NCBI RefSeq assembly: GCF_018977255.1
Contig: NW_024704742.1
Coordinates: 52,144,001 to 52,208,000, forward strand
Length of the DNA: 64,000 nucleotides
Direction: 5' to 3'
Source of the DNA: Callorhinchus milii
Taxonomy: Eukaryota
A program made the translations under genes and the position numbers. The number at the start of each line of letters is the position of its first letter. The first letter of the stretch is position 1. A model generated the notes under the pieces. The model was not told where the DNA came from. It made no database searches and saw nothing but the letters and a program-made list of their open reading frames with translations. Below, piece by piece: positions 51,670 through 64,000 of the stretch.

Positions 51670-53983
51670 AAGGTTGGCAACTCTGACAAGATAGTATGGG
51701 TGGTATTGCACTGGTGTTAGTCTAGGCCCCAGACGATGAACTCAAAATCCCCAGGTGGGTCTTGAACTCAGTGGCTGACACCTGGCTCCTGATACTATTG
51801 CACAACTGAAAACATAGTTTCACTATACAAACAGCTGTGAATTCACTTCACCAAAGTGTAATCTATTCCATGCAACTGACATTAAAGGTAGATTTTATGG
51901 TCACTGCAGCTGCAGAAGTACTGCCAATCTGCAGCTGACTCGTTGTGACATCGCTTCAGTGAATGATGCAGCGTTAGTTTGGTGTAAAACACTCCACATG
52001 TGTATGCCAAGTGGAAGACAGCTGTGAATAAAGGCATCCATACGAGACTCGTCAGCTGTCCCTTTTTTACCAGAGAAAAATGAAACGCTTGACACGTGTA
52101 GTTAAACAGTACTGTTTGGCACATAGACTGAATCCGGGCCAGCCAGGGGATGGTGAAATTAATAAGAACTCTTTCGGTTCTGATGGAAATGGATGTGGTC
52201 TGGTCATGATTCAGTTTGCAATCCGCTGACTCTGGAGCTCAGATATCAGCAAGGGTCATGCATTATTCCGGTTTTATTCAGATGTAATAACATAGACAAA
52301 TCACGCCGTGTAGCATTTTATTATAAATAGCACGCACTTAAAAGCCATCTATGCAGAACAGGCACCCTATTGAATATATACTGCTAAGACTCTTTTTTTT
52401 GTAAGGTAACATGTTTGCATTAAGTTCAGCGACAGACGTTCTATGTTAGAGATGCACGTTAGCATCTAAACCTTTCTATGCAAACCAAGATCTAGGCACA
52501 TAAAGTGTTTGTGTTCATTCACAGACTCGAAATAAATTCCAGCGATTAACATTGAGGTTTAAGCATTCAAGCTTGAGACGCAGTGGGAGCTTGGTCAGAA
52601 AGTTTACAGAGTAACAATTTGTTGTTTTCCCTTCTATCTGTATAATCACTCTTTCCTGAAAATCAGAAGACATTTCATTTTTTTTGGGGTGGGGGGGGGG
52701 GGGGGGGGACGGACTGTAAATAAATTTAGAGCCACGTGTACGTCGAGAAATCACGAGCCTTTTGCTTATTTTGAATTTTTTTTTAAAAGTTAAAGAAAAC
52801 AGGTTTCTAAAGAGGGAATAACAGGTTTTCCAAAAATGAGCTGTCTGCAATAACATTTAGGACCATACCCCCGTGTCACGCGCTCTTCACTTGGTTTGTT
52901 TCATGACTCCTTTGAAATGTTTCAATGGACGATCCGCCCAACATTGACACTTTGGGACAGATCCCATAACGCCTGACTTCATATTTTCGATCTTAATTAT
53001 ACATCAAACAAGCCTAAAGGCTCATGTTCAGCCATTATTGGTTGTTTTTGTGCAAATCTGAAACTTTATTACCCAAACACAACGTTTCATGCAAATTAAC
53101 AAAAGGGGGACATAATAAATTTTAAAAATAGGAATGAATATTGGAGCTGTTATTCTGAATGAATAAATGAAGAATAATTGCTTGTGAAAAGTCACCCCAG
53201 TGGCATTTTGTTGTCTTTTGGATCATTGTTCTTTTCCACTATTATTGAAGACTTTTTTGAAGTTTAAAGGACAGCGGATCGAGCGGTTCTTTTCAATTTT
53301 TGTTATTCAAGAACTGTTGCCTGGTAACAAATAATCGACAAATCACGGTGTATTTTTAAGATGTTCCACACACTAGAATATCTCAATGCATCACTAGGAA
53401 CATTTTAATGGCCCAATATAGATTAACGGTGTCTGCCCCACTCCTTATCCCCTGACTCCCATTCGACTTTTGTAATAATTGGCTAAAAAAGGGAGAGTTT
53501 GGTTAAATTGCATTTTTTAGGTACATACTGAAGGATTTTAAAAAAAAGTTAAGGCTTAAGACAAACTTTCGGAACCAAAACTAAATGCACACGAGTATAG
53601 TTGATACAATATTATTCAATTCTAATTTTATTCAATAAATACTTAGTTCAAGTTCTTATTGAAACAGGGGATTTGGTTATTGAAACATCAAGAGACCAGT
53701 TTTCTATCACGCTTCGCTTGAGTGCTAAAACCATCTGTTTTTACGTTAACATTGGATCAGGTTAGTCACTTATGGTACAACATAAATGTCAGCAAACTGA
53801 CGAGTCCCCACGTAATGCATTTGGGTTAAGCTCTCGATATAATACATTGCCTTTATTAAAAAAAAAGCGTTTGCGGTGTACGTTGAGAGTTAAATAGAGG
53901 AAAATGCCATAATTCTATCCTTTTTTTATGATTTGAACTTGATCATCGAATAAAGAAATGTGATGCATTCAAAATGAAGCAGT

Positions 53984-54999
53984 CCCCCCCCCCACACACA
54001 CACACACACACGCAGGCACACACTATATGCTTTGCACTAAAATACTTATTCCAGTTACAGACGATGTTACGTGAAATCATTTGGATGTAACGCATGCAAG
54101 TCCTCATTTAAGGCGTTGCACTTCGCGAATGAGTTGAACTTCCCCCCCCCCCCCCCACCACCACCACCCCCCCACCACCCCGACCATTTTCCAACGGGGT
54201 TGCATTGTTTTCCGGGCGTTTGACAGGTAATTTAGAATTAATAGAAAAATCAAACGAAAAGCCCCCAGATTGAGACAGCAGCCCCAAACCGAAGCACTGC
54301 GCTATTGTTCTCGGATGCTCTTTAGAAACTCGCTCTATTCACAAAAGGGCAATTTTGTTACATTCACATTTTTTTTACACACCGACTTAGCTAACGCGGA
54401 CAAAGCTACTCTGTCACCCGAGTAGAATAAACGGAATCAAAGGATTTCCCTTAAATAGACTAATTTTATACTTGAATTATGAAAGTAATGTGTGGGTAAC
54501 AGTCGGCGCTCTGTACCCAGCCGCTTAATACTTTTTAAATCCTTACACGTGTCTCGACTAGTCGGGGCAATTAGACCTCATTATAGGCTCATAACCATTC
54601 TCATTTCCAGGATTACTTAATGAGCAATGAAATTTTATTGCTCATAATTATCGAAAATAATATTGTAACGAGTGGCATGCGATGGTGGGCGCGCGCCTTG
54701 CATCATTCCGCCTGGCTTAGACATTCCTTCGTTTTATTTCATCGGGCATCACTGGCTTTCCCTTGCTCCCTGCTCCTGTAATATCATCACACCCGCTTTA
54801 TTAGTACAATTACAGAACAACTTGCTGATGTGATTGCAGTCCGCCTGACCTCTGCTCAGCCTGCTCGCTGCAGACCGCTTCTGATTCAAGTTTGAGCCCT
54901 GCCCAGGCTGCTATTTCCTTTCTTCAGTCATTGTTCGCTTCGTGCACTTTCCACTCGATCCTGCATGTTTTTTTTAGAGAGAGAGAGAGAGAGAGAGAG
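53984..54999. repeat. Simple repeats: C-run and (CA)n at 53984-54022, C-rich run at 54143-54181, (GA)n at 54977-54999
   Basis: Directly visible. Confidence 0.9.
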
Positions 55000-57779
55000 A
55001 AACCCTGTGATCCACCCAAGAAAGAGATAAAAATGCTTAATATCTTGCTATTTTTTTTTCAACGGGGTGCGAGTTTACATAAGGGCGAACGGACTGAGGT
55101 TGGCATTGATGCGATGTCGAGTTCTTACGGAGCTATCATCCCACGAATTAAAATGCATCAAGTCCAGGACTACCACGTAATGCTATGCGTTACTTCTTAT
55201 AGTTTTGCCGTGGTGTTGAGTGCATTAAATGAAATTGACAAGGCAACAAACCAGCTGTGCTGTAGACCGTATTTGCCAATACTTTAGCTCCATTCAAAAA
55301 CCGCAAGAAAGCCAATGGACCCTGTGCGGGGAAGGTGGGTAGTTTGAAAGGTACACTGCCTAGATCGGATTTTAATGACAGCATTGACACGGGAAAACAA
55401 AAGCAAATGGTGCTTGTGTAAATAATTGGTCTTAAGCATTGAAGGCAAGACACGAGGACACCATCTTTAGACCAGTCGTTGAACGGCCAGGCAGTTTCTT
55501 TGATCTTTCAGTTCCAACGTTTCTTAGCTTCACTCTCGCCCTCATGTCCGATACATTGTCTGCTTGTGAGGACTTTCTAGAAGTAAACTGACGCATATAC
55601 TTAGTAGACTATGGACTGGAGTCATCACACTTTGAGGGCGAGGGTGCACCAAAAGTGCAACTTGACTAATATCAGATTCTATACGTATTCGATGGTCAGT
55701 GAGTTGATAAAGCTTCGTTGCAGCAAACCACAAAATTAGCAGAAAACAACTAAGCCAATTAATGCAAGTTTTATAGGCGTTGGCAAGAAGCTTTAGACAA
55801 AAGCTTATTTTGAAGATTATGATTTTTAGATTATTCGCTTAGCTTTTTTGTGAGTCGAGAAAAAATTCTTGAAGTTGGAGCTCCTCTCATGAAAGCAGTG
55901 TAAAGCCCCAAGCTGACCCGCCAGGACCTTGGTGGAGACCAAACACGCTAATTATTGTCACAAGATCTGGGATTAACGCATTGCTGGGATAGCTGGCTGT
56001 TTACCTTCACAATTCTAGTGCCTAATAAACACTTATTAATTGAATGGTAATCGCCAACAAATAGCGCAACCAGCAGTCGCCGTGCTAACTCATAACACTG
56101 AATTGTCAGTCGTGAACCTTCCTCTGAGAAGTGCGCGATCTTTAATCGTGTTTTGGAAAATAAGTTTCCGCATTATAGACTTGATGTTCAAGTTGATTCA
56201 ACATATTTCTGTTCGAATCAAGTGTGAAGTGATCCGCAGAGCTAACGTGTTTTTTTTTCGCGCACACATTGTGACACTTTGCAGTCTGTAAATGCTGTCA
56301 ATCTAAAGATAGCTGAGTTCTGTAATGTGTCTAAATGTGTTATATTGACTGGTGTCACGACTCCTGTGTGCGTCTGTCTGGACGGCCAATGTAATGTAAT
56401 AAACGCCGAATTGTATCGTTTAAAATTGTATCATTGTCTACTCCATACAAAGCTGAAGGGTCACTGAAAGAAATCTACTTTGTTACTGACTGCTAATGCT
56501 GGGGTCGTCTCAAACGCGGATTTGTATTCCTGCTACAGGGTGAAACTTATTCACATACGCGACGGGTTGTTGTGTCTTAAAGTCCTGCTATTCTCCTAGC
56601 AGTACAGTGCATACCAATCAAAGTATTCGTAGTATCGTGCTTGCAAAGGAGAGACACCCGTTTTTAAGTGAGCATTCGCTCAAACATGAATTAATCTCCA
56701 CACCTTTGTTTGCGTAAAAGGGGGGCATTTCGATCACGGGGTGGGGGCGGGGGGGGGGGGGGGGGGGGGTCTCAATAAGGCGTTTTCTGCAATAATATTA
56801 TATCTGTTTCTTCGTCTTTCTGACGTGAAAGGCGTTATATAAATGCAAATCTTTCGGTATTATATCCAGATCAGCAGGATAACCAGCTATGCATTTCATC
56901 TCCACCATAGTCTCTATGAGATTGATTTTGTAAACGCATCATTTCTATGGTTATAGTGGCAATAGTGCCCATAGATTTGAAAGCGAGAAAGGATAGATCT
57001 ATCTAGTTTGTATTTTTGCGTTTGTTAGCCTGTATTTCAAACCAATTTCCTTCACATTTCACTCAGTCTTGCTTTATAATGCGACAAGGTGATTGAAATC
57101 ACCAACGGCGCTATCGGTTGCTTCTAATATCTGAAACACAATAAAACAGTATCTGTGTCATTAAATGCATTAAAAAAAGTTATTACCGAATCCATGAAGA
57201 ACAACGTCATTAATATATGTACCGCGGTATGTAACTTAATCAAGAACAATTAAAATAGGACGATTAAAACAATTGCATTAAATATTATTAAAATAATCAT
57301 TAATGCAAAGGCCGAAGACAGTAATAAAACTTTATCAATTATTGACATGATTGCATCTTGAATTTTGACAGGGGGAATGAGGGGAAACGCCAGAACCACT
57401 GGCAACATTCAGAGATTAAAACACACACTGTAGGATACGATGAAAGCAGTTCTATCTTGGACTGCAGCCATCTGCAGTATATACGAAAACGCTCACAAAG
57501 ATTTTGAAAAAAAGTGTCACTGGAATAAACTATTCCCTTTCCACAGCGAGTCAACTGAAAGTGATTTTTAAAATCCCATGACAATGGCGTTATTATCAGG
57601 CAGCTGGTTAACTTGCTCTGTGCACATCTTCATTCAGCTGTGGAGCTTTCCCATTTTACGCACCCGGGCAAGGTACAAAACACTCCCTTAAAAGTTTTTT
57701 TTGTTGTTGTTTCGTGTTTTGTCAGACTTTGATAGTGGCGTCTCAAGGGGTTGCCTGACAAGTGGAAAGATGTTGATCT

Positions 57780-57920
57780 CCAGATCCCTTCAGAATCACG
57801 TGCTGATAGTTCACCCTCAACGTTGAGAGAAAGCCCTGGAGTTGGGCGCACACGTGGGTGTGGCTCAGACCAACCATCGCCAGGGACCCTTTTGTTTAGC
57901 CTCCAAACATAAAGCACCTT
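57780..57920 (+). promoter_or_regulatory. GSX2 proximal promoter candidate
   Basis: E-boxes CACGTG at 57797-57802 and 57851-57856, a Sox-like TTTGTT at ~57891, and TATA-like CATAAA at 57908-57913, about 85 nt before the ATG. Confidence 0.55.
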
Positions 57921-57995
57921 CTGACTCTCTCCGTGCCGCAGTGTGCACTCAATCCAGCATCCAGCAAAGCCAGCGAGAGCCAAGTACAAGGCATC

Positions 57996-58368
57996 ATGTC
58001 TCGATCCTTTTACGTTGACTCTTTGATCATCAAAGACTCGGTCAGACCTACTCCTATCTTGAACGATCATGGCCAAGACTTTTTGATCCCCATCAGCGTC
58101 CACTCCTCCCCAACCGTGATGTCTGTCTCTGCTCCGGTCTGCCCGTCCAGGAAGACGGGCACTTTTTGTGTCTGTCCTCTGTGCGTCACGTCTCACATCC
58201 ATTCGTCCCGGAGTGGGATCCCACTGCTGAAAAGCCAGTTCCCAAACGGAGAACCGCAGTACTGTCAGCGAATCAACCAACAGCCAAGCTCTGGGCTCGG
58301 GCATCCACCTGTCTGCACACCCACCTATAGCATGACGGACCCCAGGAGATATCACTGCCTCACCGTGG
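57996..58368 (+). CDS. GSX2: GSX2 coding exon 1 (MSRSFYVDSLIIKD...DPRRYHCLTV-G)
   Basis: The N-terminus MSRSFYVDSLI is GSX2-type (GSX1 starts MPRSFLVDSL). Conserved CPSRK..FCVCPLCVTSH block. Donor G|gtatgt, phase 1. Confidence 0.95.
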
Positions 58369-59040
58369 GTATGTACATCAGGGTGAAATAGTAGCTGCCT
58401 GCAACCGAGCAATCTCTTGGAAACAGGTGGCACTTTTATCCACGTGTGTCGATAATAAAAGAATATTTACTACCACAAGCTCTGGTTTGTTTTATAATAG
58501 TAGCTGTAGTATAACCATGCTTGCATTTCAAATATATGTAATGGTAATTTTTTAAAAATTAGAGTATACAAATGTTATTTGCAGAAGTCTTTCTTTCTCT
58601 CTGTAGTCTGCAGACTGTAATCTTTGGATCAGATGACATGTTATAAAGGGGCTTAAGACCTTTCCTGGGTGCGCTTACTAATTCCAGTAATACTCATGAC
58701 TTTTGTTAGAGATTTCTCAAATTCCATTGCACAGGAATATTTTATTTTCGAATCTACCTATGATTTATTCCCATTCAAACATTCAAGGTGAAACTGGGGA
58801 CGACATGAAATGCAACTTTCGCTACGAACATCTTTCCGTAGTAGTTTCACCCGTTCCATTCCTACATAGACAAGGGTGTTATCATAATGTATCTATAAAT
58901 TATTCTTTTTTCGGTCAGGAGAGACAGAAAATATATATTGTGTTCAGTAACGCAGTTCATAACTGGATGGAGGACCGTCTGCTTAAAGCTTACTTTTCCA
59001 TACATTATGGAGGCTAATGTTGTGATGTTGTTAACCACAG

Positions 59041-59381
59041 GTCCTGAAAATAACAGCCACTTACAGAACGGTAAACGCATGAGGACGGCCTTCACCAGCA
59101 CACAGCTCCTGGAGTTGGAGAGGGAATTTGCCTCCAACATGTACCTGTCCAGGCTTCGCAGGATTGAAATCGCCACCTACCTGAACCTGTCTGAGAAGCA
59201 GGTGAAGATCTGGTTCCAGAATCGGCGCGTCAAGCACAAGAAGGAGGGCAAGGGCACCCCGAGGAGCGCACACAGCACCTGCAAGTGCACCAGCCAGGCT
59301 CACTGCCTGCGCTCCGAGGATGAGGGATCTCTCTCCCCATCATCATCCGGCAAAGATGACAAAGATATGTCACCGGCATAG
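59041..59381 (+). CDS. GSX2: GSX2 coding exon 2 with homeobox (59070-59249)
   Basis: Acceptor ccacag|. Gsx-class homeodomain [63 protein letters not shown] ends at 59381. Total CDS 714 nt = 237 aa. Confidence 0.97.
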
Positions 59382-59958
59382 ACACAGCGGGGAGAACAAC
59401 GATCTTCACACGTTTACAGACTTTTGTTTTTACTGTTACATAACTTCATCGCACTTATCTTCCAGTCTGGTTAAACAAAAGAGCTCCCCCCCACCCCACC
59501 CCGTGCAGAATGTTGTTGTAGTCAGGTGTATTCCCTGGTTGCATTCCCCTTATATTTACAATCATCGTAGAATCGTATTAAGGTAGAACAAGTGATTGAT
59601 CTATTCTGATCATGGATGTTTTAAGTAATTACAAAGACTGGCTAAACACCAGAAGTGTGGGCTACTCTCGCAGGATAATAGCATTTTGTATGAACAATTC
59701 AGGCTTATTTGTATCACTGTCATTTGCAAACCCGCCAGCTTTCTGTATCAATATTGTATTTTTAAACTGTTAATTTTTTTTGTAAAAACGGTAGGCAGAC
59801 ATGTACATGTATCGGGTTCTTTATGAACACACGTAGAGTGAATGGGGGAAAAAATGTGTAAATAGTTAGCTTGTGGGTACATTACTGTAAAATGTCAAAA
59901 TTAAGTGCCACTCGTTTGTCAATAGTTTTATATGACATTTATATTTATATTTATTTAA

Positions 59959-59964
59959 AATAAA
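59959..59964 (+). terminator. Candidate GSX2 poly(A) signal AATAAA
   Basis: AATAAA about 580 nt after the stop, preceded by AU-rich ATTTA motifs. Confidence 0.6.
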
Positions 59965-60138
59965 AAGCTTGGATCTTTAAAGACATATACGTTTGGGACC
60001 GCAATATGTGTTTTCTAAAGAATTAACAAATTACTGGAATAACAGTTCGTAACTCAAGGAGTATTGGCATCCTTTTCACGATACATTCACATGCCATTGC
60101 AATATTATAGATTCCCGTAACCATATACAAAAAAAAAG

Positions 60139-60311
60139 TCACTCAACCCACGACTGTTTGTGGGACACTGCTGTGCGCAATTGGCTACCACGTTTCTCCC
60201 ACAAAATATACAGTCACTACACTTTACAATACATTCCATGAAGTGCTCTGAGACGCCTCAACGACGCGATAAAGCGCTAAATCAAATGTGAGGACTATTC
60301 ATATTATTATT
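60139..60311 (+). mobile_element. SINE 3' half downstream of GSX2
   Basis: GTTTGTGGGACACTGCTGTGCGCAAATTGGCT body and tail shared with the other copies. Confidence 0.8.
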
Positions 60312-63300
60312 AAGCCCTCGTGGAAAGATCCGATCCACGAAACCCCTGTAATAGAAACGTACAAAGAAGCTGCACTTTGTGGAGGAGCTTAGACATTTGA
60401 GAAGTTAATTTTGTTATGCTAATTAAAAGCGAGGACTGACAGATCAACGTATTCAGTGATACTTTTTGGTTGGGTTTCCCAGCGAGAAAGGCACAGAAGA
60501 GATAAATGAACAGATAAATTAATAAAGTGCATCGAACTTTTAGCTTTTTTTATATAAAAAAGGACGCCAGTAGAATAAGAATACATTAAAGAGCAGATCC
60601 ATTGAATTAAGCAAAAGAAAGAGAGAGACCATCTTTCCAGTATTATACAGCTCCTTTAGTACAGTAAATGCTTATCTCAGGTGTAGATAAAATTGCCAGG
60701 CAGTATCCCAGCGAAGAACAGTAGTCAGGTGCGAACTTGCATATTCTGCAATGTACCACTTAACCTTTAATTCTTTGTTTTATAAATGAATACCGTGAGA
60801 TACATTCATAACATTAATAGTATTGCGATTTAATTGACACGGAAGACAAGCGTGGAAATATTTCTAACCTATTATTGACTCCCCCAAAACGTATTGACTG
60901 CTGGCCGTGTTAAATAATTGATTAACCTCGCCTAAATGTTGAGGTCTTAGTTGACCTTTGAAACCAGTATATTTTCATACGTGCAGCAATAAAAATTTGG
61001 AAACCCTGTTCCTTCTGGTTGCTTTGGGAGCTGGTACGTGCAAGGATTGCCCCACAGAAGCCCTCAACAGGTCAAGAGCTTGTGTTGACTTGGCCATGAG
61101 AACATACCAGATATAGGAGGGACCTTTCAACTGCTGAGAATCATCTTCATAAGTGTCACGTATGGTGCACACAGTGGATCCAATGCAAAATCCCACATTA
61201 ATAGATATTTAACTCATTTTAAAAAATCGCTATATATTTTAAACAACATTTGAACTGGAAGCAACACATTCAGAATAGCACAAACGACAAGAACCTGCAG
61301 AATTATGGCTGAATAGAAGCAGAAATATCAATGCACATTACCAATATTTTAAACAGTAGAGCTTTGCTGTTTTATATAAAATGGTCACAGCAAAACGCAT
61401 TACTTCCACGAATCTAGGCTCAAACGTGTTGTTTGATTCAAATTGGTCAACTGAATAACTTTTTTCAAGCTAGCGTTTGTTTTTACCACTGTGCACATCC
61501 AGAAAAGGAGGGATTTCTAAAGTGGAACACATTTTACACGATGAAAGAAAACATGCTCTGAAATGCACCTGCATTATTGTATTTTTCTAGGGCAACAAGT
61601 TGCACTGTGTCCGATTGCTGTTTGAATTCAGACTGTAAATTTCAATTGAGAATAGGCTATCAGTTTCTTGAATTCTGCCAGCGCCCAAACAACAGGCAGC
61701 CTTCGGGTACTCGGCAGAAATGTCAGGGCGATAAGAGAAGATAAATTAGAACTTTATTCATTGGACACCAGAAGGAAAATAGCCCCAGATTAATGAACTA
61801 TTGACAATTTCCATCTGTTGAAAGGCCGAAGTTGGCAATGCCCAGGACTGAGCGTGGGGAGCCCGGCTGGGCTAGCTGTGGCGAGGGACGCATTGTGTAT
61901 GTTTTCTATGGAAGCGACAATGATGGATAGGAAAGCATTGAGCAATCCAGAGAAGTGATTCAGCAACTCGTAAACCAGTGTCACTGTTAGACATGGCCCG
62001 AGGTGCTTTTATGATGCCTTATTAGCCCTATCTATACAATATCGGTCAAAGATATATGACTTTCACGTCCTTTTAATTGACTTTAAACCGAATACAGTCG
62101 GAAGCACAAATAGCATGTGTGTTTTCAGTAAAGGGGGGTCGACTTTCACAGGGGGGAAATATGAAACTATTAATTTGGAATCCATTTTTTATTTGAAAGT
62201 GCTAAATACATCCAAACAACACCAACAACGACTCACAGGAACTTGAAAATAATGGGCATATAACAATTGCCATCTTTTGCAGATCATTCGTTTTTATCTT
62301 GACTTTAAAAACATTGCTTTGCATTCCATCTTTGTAAACTGCACAAATATTGCTAACAAAATTAATGAATAGTAGCATCAATAAAACTGAAGAAACGTTA
62401 ATGTCAGGTTTCGCAGATTCCTGACACATCATTCCGTGGCTTTTTTAAAAAAAACAAAGGTGAATATTTCACTAAAAATGTTTGATTTAAAAAAAGTTTT
62501 TTTCATGCATCTGGTTATAACACTAACAAAATAATACAAGTTGTTGTGAGCTGAACAACTGGATACCGAAGTTATAAAAATGCCCGCTCACTATTCTTTT
62601 CTTTCAGTATTTCTGAGTTTTAAAAAATATTTTATATTATAAAGCTGGAGTTACGCAAATGTACACGGCTGTTACCTAGAAGGTTAGCATTGTGGACAGT
62701 TCCATCTAAACTGCCCAGTTTATTCACAGCTTCACTTCAATAAAAGATTTATATATTTTTTCTTTCTTTTTGGAACTTCTGCAAAAAAAACCCAGCAAAA
62801 GTCTACGTTGGCCAAGGGAAAGCTTTGACAGGTATTCTGCTGCCAAAGCCTTGCATTGAGTGGGACCCCCTGACGGGTGCAACCCCGAAGCCTTTGAACA
62901 CAGAGTTGAAGGGCTCCAATGTCGGCTTAGTGAACGATTTAGTCACTGTTTCATTAAGCACTATTTGAACCTTGCAACATGTGGTAATTTCTAGGGGCAA
63001 GTTAACCGTCGTGTAAAAGAAGGATTATGTGGTAGGGACACAAGAAAATTAGCTAACGGTTAATTTAACTCGTTTCTGGCAGAATTTTCGATACATTTCT
63101 AATTGACTGGGGAGGCAGGTGAAGCTGAAGCCTAGGCGCACACAGACTCCCATATAGAGTGAGAATAAATGGGACCCATTTAACTCACTATTGACAATCT
63201 ATCATCACAGAGACCCACGGAATAACCATTCGTTTATTTTTTCATTAATTAAATTAGATTCTGCCTTGCAGGTGGATAGATCAAAGCCATCCCGCCAACA

Positions 63301-64000
63301 AGTAAGTATATCCAAAAATTAGACCCTTTTTGCTGGTTGTGGGCTACAGGTTTTAAGACTTGAGACCAGCTGCTGGGTATTCGCCTGTCTTTGTAGCCAA
63401 CAAATGTAAACCACAGAGAATGATCAAAACTGTCAAAACAAGGGACAGAAGAGAAATTCAGCCCTTATTAGCATCAATCAACCAGCGCTCAGCAGCCGAG
63501 CCAGCAAGTGATTAATAGCAATTATTTGTACATTTCTCCCTATCCAAGACTCGTAATATAGATTGTGGTAAAGCTTTATAGGTTAGTGTCATAAACTGTC
63601 AGATTGTATACTTTATTGGTAGCCTCTCTCTGGATTGTTAACCAGCGAGAGCGTGTTTTTGGGGCTGCATCAAGGGAAACAAAAAAAATGATACTAATCC
63701 TCTAAGGCAGAGCAATGGTTCCTTTGAATTTCTACTTCTCCAAGCAGCCAAAGAGAGGGAGAGAGAGGGAGAGAGAGATGGAATGATGATAATGAAATTA
63801 CTTAAGAGCAGCTTGATCAGACGGCATCTTTTGTAATCTGGCGAGCGCACTGTTCAGTTCCAAGCACAAGGCGCAAAACGCACAGCGTCTCCATTCGCAC
63901 CGCCGCTCGCTTTTTTTTGAAAAAAAGTTGTTTTTCTTCAACAATATCCAGATTTCAAAACTTTCCCAAACTTGTGCAGGGTTTGAAAAGGCAGCTTGCA

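Noticed and set aside
57933..57995. N-terminal extension of GSX2 in the ORF track
   Set aside because: It has a GTG start. The conserved Gsx N-terminus begins at ATG 57996.
57630..58433. 267-aa antisense ORF over GSX2 exon 1
   Set aside because: It starts at GTG, has no recognisable domain, and is best explained as a shadow of the coding strand.
58938..59040. ORF-track residues upstream of the GSX2 homeobox exon
   Set aside because: Intronic. The splice acceptor is at 59040.

Overview
This is vertebrate genomic DNA with spliced genes and no prokaryotic features. The repeat content (L2 and CR1 LINEs, tRNA-headed SINEs, DeuSINE-like and LF-SINE-like relics) and the compact, conserved proteins suggest a cartilaginous fish, probably a holocephalan such as elephant shark or chimaera (inference). 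Two complete genes were reconstructed by hand. CHIC2 is on the minus strand, has 6 coding exons (37726->13413, 165 aa) and a CpG-island promoter. The ParaHox homeobox gene GSX2 is on the plus strand, with 2 exons (57996-59381, 237 aa). Their divergent arrangement matches the LNX1-CHIC2-GSX2-PDGFRA block of other jawed vertebrates. A TATA/CpG region near 7.2 kb may be the 5' end of the next minus-strand gene (LNX1 by synteny only). Positions 1-51.7 kb are rich in nested retroposon fragments, while 51.7-64 kb is almost repeat-free and looks like the GSX2 regulatory landscape. The best leads are: (1) a 93-bp duplication of the CHIC2 exon-3 end and donor, sitting behind an AG, which creates a possible in-frame 36-nt micro-exon; (2) a DeuSINE absorbed into the CHIC2 CpG island with strong AT->GC substitution; (3) an LF-SINE-like relic between CHIC2 and GSX2; (4) modular SINEs sharing an L2-derived tail. 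I found no wholly new gene system.
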